DNA of 64,000 nucleotides, taken from the NCBI GenBank assembly GCA_947165365.1, contig CAMVAF010000003.1, positions 1,678-65,677 on the forward strand, in the 5' to 3' direction. Below, in pieces: positions 21,218 to 33,900 of the stretch. Source of the DNA: an uncultured Clostridia bacterium. GTDB lineage: Bacteria; Bacillota_I; Bacilli_A; RF39; UBA660. The position numbers and the translations under genes are program-made. Numbering within the stretch: the first letter of the stretch is position 1; each line of letters starts with the position of its first letter. A model generated the notes under the pieces. That model saw only the letters and a program-made list of their open reading frames with translations, was not told the origin of the DNA and ran no database searches.

Positions 21218-21954
21218 TTCACCTTATTTTTTATCTCATTTATATCAATTATTTGCGTTGCATCTAATACTTTTTTAGATTTTTTAACTTCTTTTTTTAT
21301 CTCAGCTATATCTATAACTTGCGTAGCATCTAATACTTTTTTCTTTTTAGAAGGTACTTCTTTAACTTTAACTATTTCAGTATCTTTATCTTTTTTCTTT
21401 TCTTCTTTTTCTTTTATTTCTTTTTTATCTTTTTCCTTATCCTCTTTAATAACCTTTTCTTTATTTCCATTATATGAAAATAATAAACTTAAACAAAATA
21501 GTGATACAAAGATTAAAATAATAACTTTAGGAGATAATAAAACTTCTTTAATTGCTTTAACATTTGGTATAATCTTGGTAACTTTACCTAAAACTAAACT
21601 TTTATCAATAGGATTATCATTAGTATTATTATTATCACCTTTTGTTATGATATAATCATCATTCTTTTCAATAACACGGTGAGTTACAAAATCCTTACCA
21701 GATATATAAGTTACGACATCACCTTCATTATAATCACTATTTATTTTTACAATGACAACATCACCTTCATTTATATAATCTTTCATACTTCCAGTTGCTA
21801 CTTGAAAATATGTATATCCAAAGATATTAACATATTTTTTTTGCATTATTTTTAAACTTATAAAACTATATAAACAAAAAAGAATAATCAAGATGACGAT
21901 AGTTATTAAAATATTAACTATAATATTCACAATCTTATGAGATTTATTTAACAT
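21214..21954 (-). CDS. sipW: SipW/Sec11-type signal peptidase I (S26B) with repetitive Lys-rich C-terminal tail
   Basis: TM, then ATGSMKDYINEGDVVIVK (Ser), THRVIE (His), TKGDNNNTND and a second TM. The tail contains KKVLDATQ(V/I)IDIxEIK twice. Confidence 0.8.
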   Translation of the reverse strand: MLNKSHKIVNIIVNILITIVILIILFCLYSFISLKIMQKKYVNIFGYTYFQVATGSMKDYINEGDVVIVKINSDYNEGDVVTYISGKDFVTHRVIEKNDDYIITKGDNNNTNDNPIDKSLVLGKVTKIIPNVKAIKEVLLSPKVIILIFVSLFCLSLLFSYNGNKEKVIKEDKEKDKKEIKEKEEKKKDKDTEIVKVKEVPSKKKKVLDATQVIDIAEIKKEVKKSKKVLDATQIIDINEIKNKVK

Positions 21955-21975
21955 ATCATCACCTCTTTTTATTCT

Positions 21976-22554
21976 TTAATTATTTGTAATTGTTTCCCCT
22001 AAATATTGACTAAATTTAATATTCGTAGCGATATTAATTTCTTTTTCACCAGTAACCCCAAACATAGAATCAATTTCATTATTTTCTTCATCATTTTCCC
22101 ATTCAATATATACTCTAATATGATGAACAGAACTATTATTAATAGGTATAATACCCGTATAAGTACCATTATTATTAACTAAAGTATTGCCACCCAACTC
22201 TTCAATATTAACTATTTTTATTTTATCATTTTCTAATCCTGTTAAATCAAAAGTAATATCATATCTAATAGATACCGATGTATTATTAGGATCAATATCA
22301 ATATCAAAAAAAGCTCCAACACCAGGTGCAATTAATCCTTCTTTAACATTGGAATCACTATTAATATTATAATTATTAACCGTAAAATGAACAGGATCTT
22401 TAGCCAGACTATTATTAACCTTAATTTGCCATTTAGCAATATTATTATCCACTGTTATAACATTATTTGTTTCAAATAAACCAAAAGTACTACTGATTTC
22501 CATAATAGTTAAAGAAAGAAATAATAATACGACTAAAAGTAGTATTTTTCGCAT
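21976..22554 (-). CDS. exported TasA-like/CPF_0494-like protein (class 2)
   Basis: The signal ends STFGLFETNN. IAKWQIKVNN and LIAPGVGAFFDIDID are shared with the paralog at 36331..36915. Confidence 0.55.
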   Translation of the reverse strand: MRKILLLVVLLFLSLTIMEISSTFGLFETNNVITVDNNIAKWQIKVNNSLAKDPVHFTVNNYNINSDSNVKEGLIAPGVGAFFDIDIDPNNTSVSIRYDITFDLTGLENDKIKIVNIEELGGNTLVNNNGTYTGIIPINNSSVHHIRVYIEWENDEENNEIDSMFGVTGEKEINIATNIKFSQYLGETITNN

Positions 22555-22557
22555 AAA

Positions 22558-23103
22558 TTACTCTTCTCTTACTTCTTTAAGAGTCTTTTTAAATTCCTTA
22601 ACAATAACATAAACTTCATATAAAAATACAATTAGAAATGGTAAAATAACTAAGAATAAAAATCCCCATCTTGATGTCATTGTCTTTAAAACACTACCAA
22701 CAAATCCCATCTTACTACTACCATTTACATTTCCAATTAAATATTCACTAGAAAAAGCTTTATCTTCATTACTTTCATTTTTATATGAGAATGTGTGTTC
22801 TTTTTCATTAACATATTTATTATCTGTAACTTTAGCAAGAGTTACCGTATTTTTATTAAATGATGTATCATAAAATAATACTGGTTCACCATTACCGATA
22901 CTATTTAAATCAGGATATTTAACAATAACTAAATCTCCCTTCTTATAATAATTTAATACATCATTTTCCATAACAACAAGTGATGTATCACCAATTTCCA
23001 CAACACCCTTATCATTTGTTTTCAATAAACAAAAAGTTGCAAATGCACAAATAACTAAATATGCAAATAAAATTGTTTTAAAAATATTTCCTATAACCTT
23101 CAT
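22558..23103 (-). CDS. SipW-shaped membrane protein lacking catalytic Ser/His (pseudo-peptidase)
   Basis: It has the same N-TM / beta-core / C-TM layout as the SipWs. KKGDLVIVK, LIGNV and the C-terminal TM GFLFLVILPFLIVFLYEVYVI align with SipW-B (GFFFIIFVPFIIFVFCEVISV). GSMxP is replaced by TSLVVM, HRV by LAKV, and GDNN is absent. Confidence 0.55.
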   Translation of the reverse strand: MKVIGNIFKTILFAYLVICAFATFCLLKTNDKGVVEIGDTSLVVMENDVLNYYKKGDLVIVKYPDLNSIGNGEPVLFYDTSFNKNTVTLAKVTDNKYVNEKEHTFSYKNESNEDKAFSSEYLIGNVNGSSKMGFVGSVLKTMTSRWGFLFLVILPFLIVFLYEVYVIVKEFKKTLKEVREE

Positions 23104-23150
23104 ACTATCACCATTAAAAGTATAACATAAACAAAAATCTTATGCAATAA

Positions 23151-23681
23151 CTATTTCCCTTCTAAAATCTCTCTTGCTTTTAAAATAAAATCAATATCAT
23201 CAAAATTAATATTAATATCATTCATATAATGATAATTAACAATATTATCTATAACTTTAATAAAATTATCGATATTTCCTTCTTCTAAATAATCTAAATT
23301 AATATTAAATCCTAATAATTTATATTTATCAACGACAATAGAATTTAATTTCTCTAAATCACTATATCCTTCATTATTAATTAATGTAACATATGGACTA
23401 TGAATAAATATATTAATTTCTTTTAAAATATCATTTAGATCCATTTCAATTTGATATTTAGAAGATACCCTTTTTAAAAATAAATAACTACTAATACCAA
23501 GTTCTAAATAAATAGATAACTTACTATTATCATCAATATAATTATATATTCGATCCTTGATAATATCTAAATCATATTCACTATATAAATTTAATAAATC
23601 ATTTAAAAGTAAATCATTTTTATTATGTGGCACTAGTGTTGTCGCTGCGGATTTATATATTAAGAAATTCATTACTATCAT
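23151..23681 (-). CDS. hypothetical cytoplasmic protein
   Basis: 176-aa ORF overlapping the stop of the upstream gene. No TM segment and no motif recognised. Confidence 0.5.
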   Translation of the reverse strand: MIVMNFLIYKSAATTLVPHNKNDLLLNDLLNLYSEYDLDIIKDRIYNYIDDNSKLSIYLELGISSYLFLKRVSSKYQIEMDLNDILKEINIFIHSPYVTLINNEGYSDLEKLNSIVVDKYKLLGFNINLDYLEEGNIDNFIKVIDNIVNYHYMNDININFDDIDFILKAREILEGK

Positions 23682-24747
23682 TATCCATTATCTTCTTAGC
23701 TTTATTATTATTCTTTTTTATTTCATTAGATATTTTATCAATATCTTTAAGTTTATTTTTTAAAACACTTTTATAATCATTTTTATTATTATATAATTCA
23801 TGACATTCATCTATTATATAATGATATTTACTAATCATTTGATATTCCCTAAGAGAATTTCTTAAATTAACAAATAAACTTTTTTTATCATTAACAATCG
23901 AATTTTCTGTATAATCATTAATCATTTTGTCTATTTTAACTTTATCATAATCTTTAATATCTAATTCATTATTTAAAAACATATCTAAATATCTTTTTCT
24001 TGATTTACTAATTAAATTATCATAATCAATAATTCTTTTTTGATATTCTTTATTAAAGTTATCTAAATAATTAGAACTTTTCTTTCTAAATATACTAAAT
24101 CCACTATTCTTTTTATCTTCATATTTAGAAAATTTATTTAACTTTTGATTTTCAATATAACTTATAAATTTCTTATTATTTTTAAAATATAAATCATAGA
24201 AATTAACCACAAGATATTTTAAGATATTAGGACATTTCCAATATAATTTTTCAAAATACTCATGTATTTTATTACTATCTTTTTCTTTAAGTAAGAAATC
24301 AATATATTCACTAGCGTAAACATTAAAATCAAATGATTCTTTATTCAAAACAATACCAACATCATTAAATACTTTAATAATATTTAAAATATTTTCATTA
24401 ATAATATCAAGATTTTCATTTTCATATGAATTAATTATATCTAACATTTTATCTAAATTAAGTATTTCCATTGGTGAAGTTAAACTATTAAGATAATTAA
24501 AATCATTTAACAATTCAGTAGTATTATTACCAATATTATCATCTTTTATATCACATAAACTATAATATCTTTTTTCTATTTCAGCTAATACATTATCATT
24601 AATACCTTGATATTCATTAATTAATGATGTTACTTTTTCTAAATAATTTTTTCTATTTCTTAAATTGTTTTTAGGTAATACACTTAATATTTCTTTATCA
24701 TTTTCTATTTTATTTTTAACATCATCTAACATACTATTCACCATCAT
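23653..24747 (-). CDS. hypothetical cytoplasmic protein
   Basis: 364-aa Asn/Lys-rich ORF with no TM and no motif recognised. In-operon position. Confidence 0.55.
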   Translation of the reverse strand: MMVNSMLDDVKNKIENDKEILSVLPKNNLRNRKNYLEKVTSLINEYQGINDNVLAEIEKRYYSLCDIKDDNIGNNTTELLNDFNYLNSLTSPMEILNLDKMLDIINSYENENLDIINENILNIIKVFNDVGIVLNKESFDFNVYASEYIDFLLKEKDSNKIHEYFEKLYWKCPNILKYLVVNFYDLYFKNNKKFISYIENQKLNKFSKYEDKKNSGFSIFRKKSSNYLDNFNKEYQKRIIDYDNLISKSRKRYLDMFLNNELDIKDYDKVKIDKMINDYTENSIVNDKKSLFVNLRNSLREYQMISKYHYIIDECHELYNNKNDYKSVLKNKLKDIDKISNEIKKNNNKAKKIMDNDSNEFLNI

Positions 24748-24838
24748 GAAAACTTTCTTTATCTTTTGTTAATTCTTTTATATAGTCACTTACTAATTTA
24801 TATATATCTAATAAATCACTATTTGAAATATCATTCAT
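24734..24838 (-). CDS. small ORF (34 aa), translationally coupled to 23653..24747
   Basis: Not in the track. ATG at 24838 lies 2 nt after GGAAGGTGAAG. It reads MNDISNSDLLDIYKLVSDYIKELTKDKESFHDGE*, and the stop overlaps the next start by 14 nt. Confidence 0.4.
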   Translation of the reverse strand: MNDISNSDLLDIYKLVSDYIKELTKDKESFHDGE

Positions 24839-24888
24839 ATCTTCACCTTCCAAGTATTTATAAAAAAATTATATCATAAAACAAAATA

Positions 24889-24913
24889 AAAATACATATT
24901 TTACATGTATTTT
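24889..24913 (-). terminator. possible weak terminator/attenuator after the giant gene
   Basis: AT-only 9-bp stem AAAATACAT/ATGTATTTT abutting the stop codon, U-rich downstream. A GATATAAT -10-like element follows. Confidence 0.3.
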
Positions 24914-27900
24914 TATTTAATAACAAAGTATTGATAGATATTTCCAACATTTACATCACCATCATATAAGTATATTACTAGCTTATATGTTCCGGTTTTC
25001 AAATTATCTTTTAAGGTATAATTATTACTTACATTAGAACCTGGATTAGTAAAGAATTTATATACTTTATTATCACTTGTAGTATTTAGTGTTCCATCAA
25101 GATAATCTTTAATATCTACAAGGTTATATGATAAATCATATATATTATTATAAGTTCTTCTAAATAGTGCAATACGAAGATTTGGATTATCTAGAGTAGA
25201 TGAATATAAAATATTGAAATTAAAATCTTTATTACCATCTAAATTATTTCCTGTTTCATGATCAATAATTAAATATTTATCATCGATATCAATATCTAAT
25301 CCATAATTCTTTTCCATTATTTTAAATGGAACATCACATTCATCAGATGATTCTATACCATAGTATATACCATCAGGTGAATAAAATGATTCTACTTTTA
25401 AAGTATAATTTCCACCAGATAAGTTACCATCAGTAGTATCAATAAGAATAGCTGAATAAACATTAGCAACTTTCTCTGCTAAATTAATTCTTACTGTACC
25501 ATCACTTCTTGGATAATGAGTTATTCCATTATATATAAATGATACCCCCATTAAATCCACACCATTTACTTGATTATTATTTTCATCAAATATTGTTAAT
25601 TTAATACCTAATTTATTATCATAATATGTGGTATCGATAATATTATTGTTACTATTATCTTTCTTTTGTTCAAAAGAAGTTGTTACTCTTAATGTAGTAT
25701 CATTACCTATATGAATAACATTATTATTTAACTCGGCATCTACATGAATAATACCATCAGAATTATAATATAAATCATATTTCATACTATCATGTTGGGT
25801 ACCTAAAACAGAATAAACAGTTTGTTCTGTAGAAGTTCTAATTTCCATTAACAATGATGTTTCTAAATAATTACTTGCTATTTCAGCATCACAGAAATCA
25901 ACGATAAAGATAAATTCTTCCACTGCCATTTTGTTTTCCAAATTATAATAAATATTTTTTAATGTTTCTTCATCATAAGTATTATTAGTACTAGAACTTC
26001 CCATTTTAATAAATTTACTTAAATCATAGGAATATGTTAAATATAAATTATATTTATTAATAATATCAACATTATCTTGAGCGTTTGTAATATAGTAATA
26101 ATATTCAGGACTTGTACCACTTGCAAAATCAATCATTGTTATTTTAGTATTTACAGGTAATAACTTATCTGATACTAAAGCATGATGATATCCATTACGA
26201 TAAATAGAATTCTCTGAATTTACATATAATGCATAATAAGCACTTAAACTACTTTTTGATGTAATTCTTGTAGGACTTGATGAGAAGAATTCATATTGTC
26301 GTCCTGGTGTCATAGCAGCTTCATAGAAATCACCTTGATATATCGCTCTTGATAAATTAACAACTATATCTATACGTGTTGTTTCTTTTTCCAAATCATT
26401 AATTGGAGTTATAGCAAGTAATTTAATCGTTACATAACCTAAATTACCATCAGTTGCTAAATTCTTTGAGTGATATAAATAAAATAGTAAACTAGGAGCC
26501 ATTGATGAGTTTTCTGTATAGTATGTTGTTGTACCTGATATATTATTAGCACTTTCAGTTAAGAAGTCAGTTGATCCTAAAGTAATCCATCCTTCAGTAC
26601 CTGGTCTTATGGATAAACCAAGTTTATTATCAGCATCATTGGAATTACTTGCAATTCTTGGAATACTATTAGGAGATACAAGTGATACTTCACTATTTAA
26701 ATTTTCATATTGAAATCCTACTACAGAAAAATAAGTGTTAGCCGTTGTATAATCAATTAAAGGAAGTTCATATGTACCTAGTGTTGAATATTTAGAAGCA
26801 ACAAGGTCTACTTCATAAGAAGTTACTGATGTACCAATAATCCACATATAGTAGCTTGAATCTTCTGGTGTTGGCACAATATATTTAACTTCTAATGTAT
26901 TTTCTTCCCCTTCTTCCGTTGATGCAAAATTAGAATAGAAACCATCTACCTCGATATTATGATTATCTTCATGTAATCCTAAAACATAAGTTCCTCCAGA
27001 GAAATAATAAATATCATTATCATCAGCATGATCACCATAATTATAACTAGTGTCATACATCGCAACTACGATTTCTCCTGTTCTTTCTTTTTTATACATT
27101 CCTAAGAAAGTCATTCCATCTACTTCACCATATGATGTGATATTTTGATTTGTTGCAATATTTAAGATTTTATCTTCTAACATATAGATTCGATTATTAA
27201 CATTTTTTACTACTGTACCATTATCTTCATCAATTACAACACTTGCTAAAGTATTATTATCTTTTAAACTTCTAAATTTCTTAAGAAGATTAGCCCCATT
27301 TTGGAAATATATTGTACTATTGTTAACTAAATCCAATTCATCAATACGACTTACACTAAATAAGACACTAGAGTATTCATTAGTTCTATCAGTTGCTCCA
27401 GATAGTTCAATATTAGTATTATTTAAAACAACTAAATCCGCTCTTTGAATGGAAATATTTTCTTTAACATCATTTAAACTACCATAATTACTTATATATA
27501 TTCTACTATAACCAGTAGTACTAGATGCATTTCCACTTCCAAAGATGGAACCAGATATATCAAAATGATCATGACTACTTCCATCAATATTAATAATAAT
27601 ACCTACTGTTACACTAATAAATGAGTAGTCATAATCTTCTGATCCACTAGCGTTAGCTTCTCCTCCACCAAAGACAGTTCCCCCAATATAAATATCTCCT
27701 TTTGAAAGAGTACTAGAATCTAAATTAGCATTATTATTTAAAACAGCATTATAACCAATATTTACTGTGGTATCACCATATAGAACTGATGTATTAGCGC
27801 CACCATAAACATTGCCACCTATTCTTCCACCAATAATATTTACAGATCCCTTGGAATTATTATTGGTAACAATACCAGTATAAGCAGCATTTCCACCACC

Positions 27901-30900
27901 AAAGACATGATTTAAAATATTAGTATTTCCTTCTACTAAGATATAAGTATCTTTAACCACTGTGGCACTAGCACCATTTCCACCAGCATAAGCACTTCCA
28001 TTAATAGTAGTTCCATTAATTAAAACATTAGTATTTCCTAATACTTTAGCGTTATTTCCACCGCCAAAAATATTATTAGATATTGTACCATTTGCTAATT
28101 TAACACTAGTATTTCCTGATACATCAGCGTTATTTCCACCACCATAGATATTAGATACTGTAGCATTTTGATAATCAATAAAGGTATTAGTTGTGGTACC
28201 ACCAGCGTTATTTCCACCATAAATATCAGTATAAGTTCCACCTGTTATATTAACATTTGCTGTTGTTACTACACCACTTGTATTACTTCCACCATAAACA
28301 TAATTGGCTTTTCCTTTAATTAAATTAACGTTTGATGTAGTACAAGATGCTTCCATACCACCACCATAGATAGCGGATACTTGATTATTAGATACTGTAT
28401 TAAAATTAATATTTGATGTTCCATGATTTGCTCTTGATCCACCACCATAAATAGTATTAATAGTCCCATCATTAATATTTAGATTACTAACAGTTGTACT
28501 TCCACCAGCATTATTACCACCATAAATAGTTGTTATTGTTCCACCATCAATAGTTATATTACTATTATTAACAACACCACTTGTATTACTTCCACCATAG
28601 ATATTACTTATTGTTCCACTATTCATTTGGATATTACTACTACCTGTTACATCAGCAGATTCTCCACCACCATAAACATTGGTTAAAGAATTATTTATTG
28701 TAACGTTAGTTTTACCAGTACTTGCTTGTAAACCTCCACCATAGATAGTATTAATAGTACCACCATTCATTGTTACAAAAGATTCTGTAGTACTTCCACC
28801 TACATTATTACCACCATAGATATTAGAAGATGTTCCAGAGTTTACTAAAACATTACTTATCGGTACAACACCACTTGTATTACTTCCACCAAAAATTTTG
28901 GTTGTCGTACTTCCTGCTAATTTAACATTGGTTTTGGTAATAATACCAGCCTCATTTCCACCACCATAAGTATTAGTAACTGTTCCCCCATTTAAATTAA
29001 CATTAGTCGTATCAGTTAAAGCTTTATTACCACCACCATAGACATTACTTGCTGTACCATTATTGATATTAACAATGGTTGTTGTTGTTTGGGCTTCATT
29101 TCCACCACCATAAATAGTATCAACATTAGATCCATTTAATAAAACATTACTATTTATTGTTTTTCCACCAATATTATTACCACCATAAACAGTAGTAGCT
29201 CTACCTCCTGTTAAAGTAATATTGGTTGCTAATACTTCACCTAATTCATTACTTCCACCATAAATATTAGTGAAATTACCATTTTGTAAATAAATATTAG
29301 TTACATCAGCTCCACTTTTATTACTACCACCAAAAGTATTAGTAGCAGTACCACCTTGTAAATAAACATTGGTATTAGAAACAGTAGCTAAATTACCACC
29401 ACCAAAGACATTGGTTATATTAGATTTATCTTTAACATAAACTGTAACATTACTACTTAGTGAATCAGCTTCATTTCCACCACCATAGACATTACCTATT
29501 TTAGCATCAGTATTATATCCACCAGTAGTAACCGTAATATTACCATAAGCTCCACCACCAGAATTATTTCCACCATAGAAGTTTTTAGTAAAGTCTCCTT
29601 CTTTAATATTTAGAGAACAACTTCCCATAATGTTACCTAGAGTACTATCTAGTTTATTTCCCATACTTCCACAATAAGTATCACCATCTATTGTAATAGT
29701 AGGAGTACTTGAAGTATCATCAATATCAAATTGAATATTACCAATTACTGTTCCTAAGGCACTTCCACCATAGGAATCTCCTTTAATCATGACTTTATTA
29801 TTATCTTCTATAGAAACACTTATATTACCAGCAATTGATGTTTCTTCACCATATCCACCACCAAATAAACTTCCATGATTATTATCATCATAATTAATAG
29901 TACCACCTAAAATATTGATTGTAACATCACCTGCAACATTACCTTTTTCACAAGATCCACCATAAAGAGTCTTTTTAATCTCTCCTCCTGTCATATTGAT
30001 TGTTACATCACCATTTAATCTATTGGTTGCCGTTTGAACAAAGTTTGTAGAAACATTCTGTGTTTTAAAAGTTAAACTATTAACCGAAGTATTAGTTCTT
30101 GTTAATACCCAGTTATTATTAAATCCTAAATAAAAGGTATCTTCTATTTCATTGTAATTAACATTATATTTTCCAAAGTAAAAGTTAGTTCCTGATGATG
30201 CTGTAGTAGTTGTTGTCCAACCATTATTATATGTTAAATAATATGTTCTAAAGAAAGCTCCATAATAGAAGTTTCTTCCATCACTTTGCCAGTAAGTTGG
30301 ATTATTACCTAAAGTTAAATTATAGTTAAACCAACCACTTGATTCCATATATAAATATAATCCAGTATTTACATTTTTAATGGCATATTCCCCATTATCT
30401 TCTTCAATAATCCATAAATTATTTGAAGGAATACTATTGCTACTTAAAGTAATATTAGATAAATTATTATTGGTAATTGCCATTGAATTAGCAGTATTAG
30501 AATTAGAATTCGTTAATAAGATTTCTTCATTGGTAATCATTGATGTACTAAAGTTATAAGATACTGTATAATCATTAAAATAACTTGCTTGTTTATAGAA
30601 TGATTTATTACTTGTATCATATTGCCATACCTCTGGATTAGTATCTAATTTTAATGTTGGATTATTTAAACCTGTTTCATGAGTTAAATACATATTATTA
30701 CCAACATTCTTAATAGTATAACCATTATCTTGACTAGTAATTGTCCAAAAACTTCTTAAAGGCGCACTTGTGGTTGTTCCTAAAACACTATTGGTAATAG
30801 AATTATTATTTAAAGATAAAGCATTCATTGTTGAACCATTTTCTTTAACAATCAAGTATCCATTACCAGATGTGATATTTTCATGATTAACATAGGATAC

Positions 30901-33900
30901 TGTCTCTCCCATTCCTTCTTGAATAGTAACACTTCCTATACCATTTTTATTAGCGCCACCATAGACACTTCCATAAATCGTACCACCAGAAATATCTAAA
31001 TGAACATCATCGGTAACATTACCATAATTTCCCCCACCGTAGACACTTCCATATATTTTGGCATCACCACTTATATAAACATTTGTTTTAAGTACTTGAC
31101 CAGAATTTGGAACATCACTATTACCATTACCAGCTCCTAATACAGAACCATAACGAACTCCATATAATTCACCAGAATTATTGGTTCCTATACTTGCATT
31201 TCCACCTATATGAACATAACTATTACCTTGTAATTTACCACTTTGTTGTCCTGTGGAATCAGTAGCAAAGACTCCATTACTACCACCAGATACACTATAT
31301 TCAATACTACCACCAGTAACAGAAATATATCGATTACCATATGTTGTTGATACACCAGCTCCTCCTACAATATTAGAAATAGTACCACCTTTTACATAAA
31401 TCTTTGTAGGAACCGTGTTTTGGTAATTCTCATAAAGACGAAGACCACCAACAATATTCGAAATATAGCCTCCTTCCATTACCAAAACTCTTGGTGAAAT
31501 ATCAGTAGTATAATTCGTGGCATTAACAGTTAGTCCACCAACATAAAGTCCTGAGTAAGCTCTATTATCATCACCCGGATTATTATTAAAATAATCATAT
31601 CCTATGTTACCACTTTTAACATTAATTAAATAAGCTGGATTACTAGAATTAGTTTTACCAACAATACCATAATTATTAGAACTACCTGCACGATAATATA
31701 TTTGAAGACGATTATGAACATTTGATACTCGATCATAATCATTACCTAAAACAAAAGTCATTTTACCATAATAGTCAACTGTATTATAATTACTATAATT
31801 TCCGTCATTGGCAATACGAACACCCATAACTGATGAATATCTTCCTGTTTCAATAACAAAACGATATTCATTATTATGATTATTACTACTTCCAAGAGAT
31901 GTACTATCACTTCCACCATAAGCAAAACTAAAAATAGATGCCGAATTATTAGTCAAAGAAGTAGTATTCATTCCTCTTCCTATTCTAACATTATGATAAT
32001 TTCCTTCTAAAGCTGCATATGTTCCACTATAATTAGTTGTTGTTGTATCATTACTAATAGCATTAAATCCATCAGCTTTAATACTTAAATATTCCATTTG
32101 TAAATCATTATAAGCAGATACAAAATCATATCCATTATTAACATCATCTGTTAAATCAATAGAAGCATTATTACGATAATCAATGTGATTATAAAGACTG
32201 GTAATAGTTACCGCAAGATTATTATTATTTGTATTATAATTATTAGTACCAATATTACCAGTATTAGTAGTTCTTATTTCTCTATCAATAGTATATGTTG
32301 CAAAATTTAACTGATTATTAGAATCAATATCACTTATTTCAAAACGATTATTATATCTTACATAATAATTAACTATATTATTAACATAATTACTTTCAAC
32401 AGTTTTTAAAGTTATTGTCGTATTATCCCCTAAAGTATCAACTAAACCCCAATTATTATTATCAAATGATAAATATACATTAGTATTTTGGTAACTACTA
32501 TTAGTTACTCTTGTTGTAAAATATAACTCTGTGCCTTGATTAGCATTAGTTGTTGTAGACCAAGCTCCATTGTTATATCGAAGATAATATCTATTATTAT
32601 AATTTCTTTGATAATAAAGATAATGATTAGTAGAATCATAAGTCCATGTTCTTGAATTAGCATTAGTCGATAATGTACCATTATTACTACAATATAAATA
32701 CCTATTATTACTAGCATTTCTTATGGTATAACCACCATTATAATTACTCAATAACCAAGAACTAGTATTTGTTGGTTCATTATCTGTCATATCAAAATAA
32801 GTTAAATTATTACCATTCACTGATAGAGCAATTAAGTTATTATTATCACCATTTGTAATATAATAATTACTTCCACTATTAATATAATTAGCATGATTAT
32901 AGGAATAAGTTATATAATTAATTAATGTTTGTCTATAAAATGCATGATTAGTATTATCATAATTCCAAGTTGTAAGATAATTAGAAAAATTTAGAGAAGC
33001 TCCATTATTACCACTATCAACACTTGATAAATAATTATTACCATTTTTTATGGTGTATCCACCATTTTCATTAGTAATTGTCCATAATGCATTATTATTA
33101 AAATTACGATTATTAAAATTACTATTAGTCAAATTATTATTTAAAGAATTATTCTCTGATCCACTAGTTATTAAATATTCTTCTCCACTTGTAATACTAT
33201 TTACATCATTATAAGTATATTCATAATAAGATAAATCAATTGGTACATAGAATTTTCTTAAATTATTATCATATTTCCATAATGTACTGGTATTAGACAT
33301 ATTTAAAGTTACATTACTACCATTAACACTATACGATAAATATCTATTAGTATCATAATTTTGAATGGTATATGAACCATTTTCTTCTCTAATTATCCAT
33401 TTGGTATTATCAAGGGGCTCCACTGTTTCGGATAAAGTAGTATAACTAACACCATTATTATCAGTTAAAGCATATCGTGTATTTCCATTTTTATATTCAA
33501 TAATATGAGGTGTATCATCAAAATTTGTTTTATCATTATAATTAACAGTTATATCGTAAGTATGAGTTACAGTTTGAGAGTAATTTGGACTCATCGCAAT
33601 ATCACCAGTTAAAACAATGATATTTCTTTCACGATCATCTGGATTTGTACTATTACTTTCTAAAATAGAGAACGCTCTTCCCCAGGAAGCAACAGCATCA
33701 TCTTCTATACTACCATCAAAATTATCATCACCTAAACTACCTTTTAAATAAACAACATGAGCATCTATCCAATTAGCATAAATATTAACTACTTGATTAT
33801 TCCCTGATTTAACTACCTTGATTGTTTGAACATTAGTATTATTATTTTTAGTAATGACACCATCAAAACTTTCCCAGCCACCAAAAGCTTTATTAGTTGG

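Noticed and set aside
27480-30020. Regular DNA periodicity that could be mistaken for a CRISPR or satellite array
   Set aside because: It lies entirely within one long open frame, and the periodicity is at the codon level (~72 nt) with divergent units. There are no conserved direct repeats separated by unique spacers, and no cas genes in the window.
32505-32717. Same-strand alternative-frame ORF inside the giant gene (also 35732..35971 inside 35355..36134)
   Set aside because: These are out-of-frame overlaps with much longer supported ORFs, and their composition is low-complexity.
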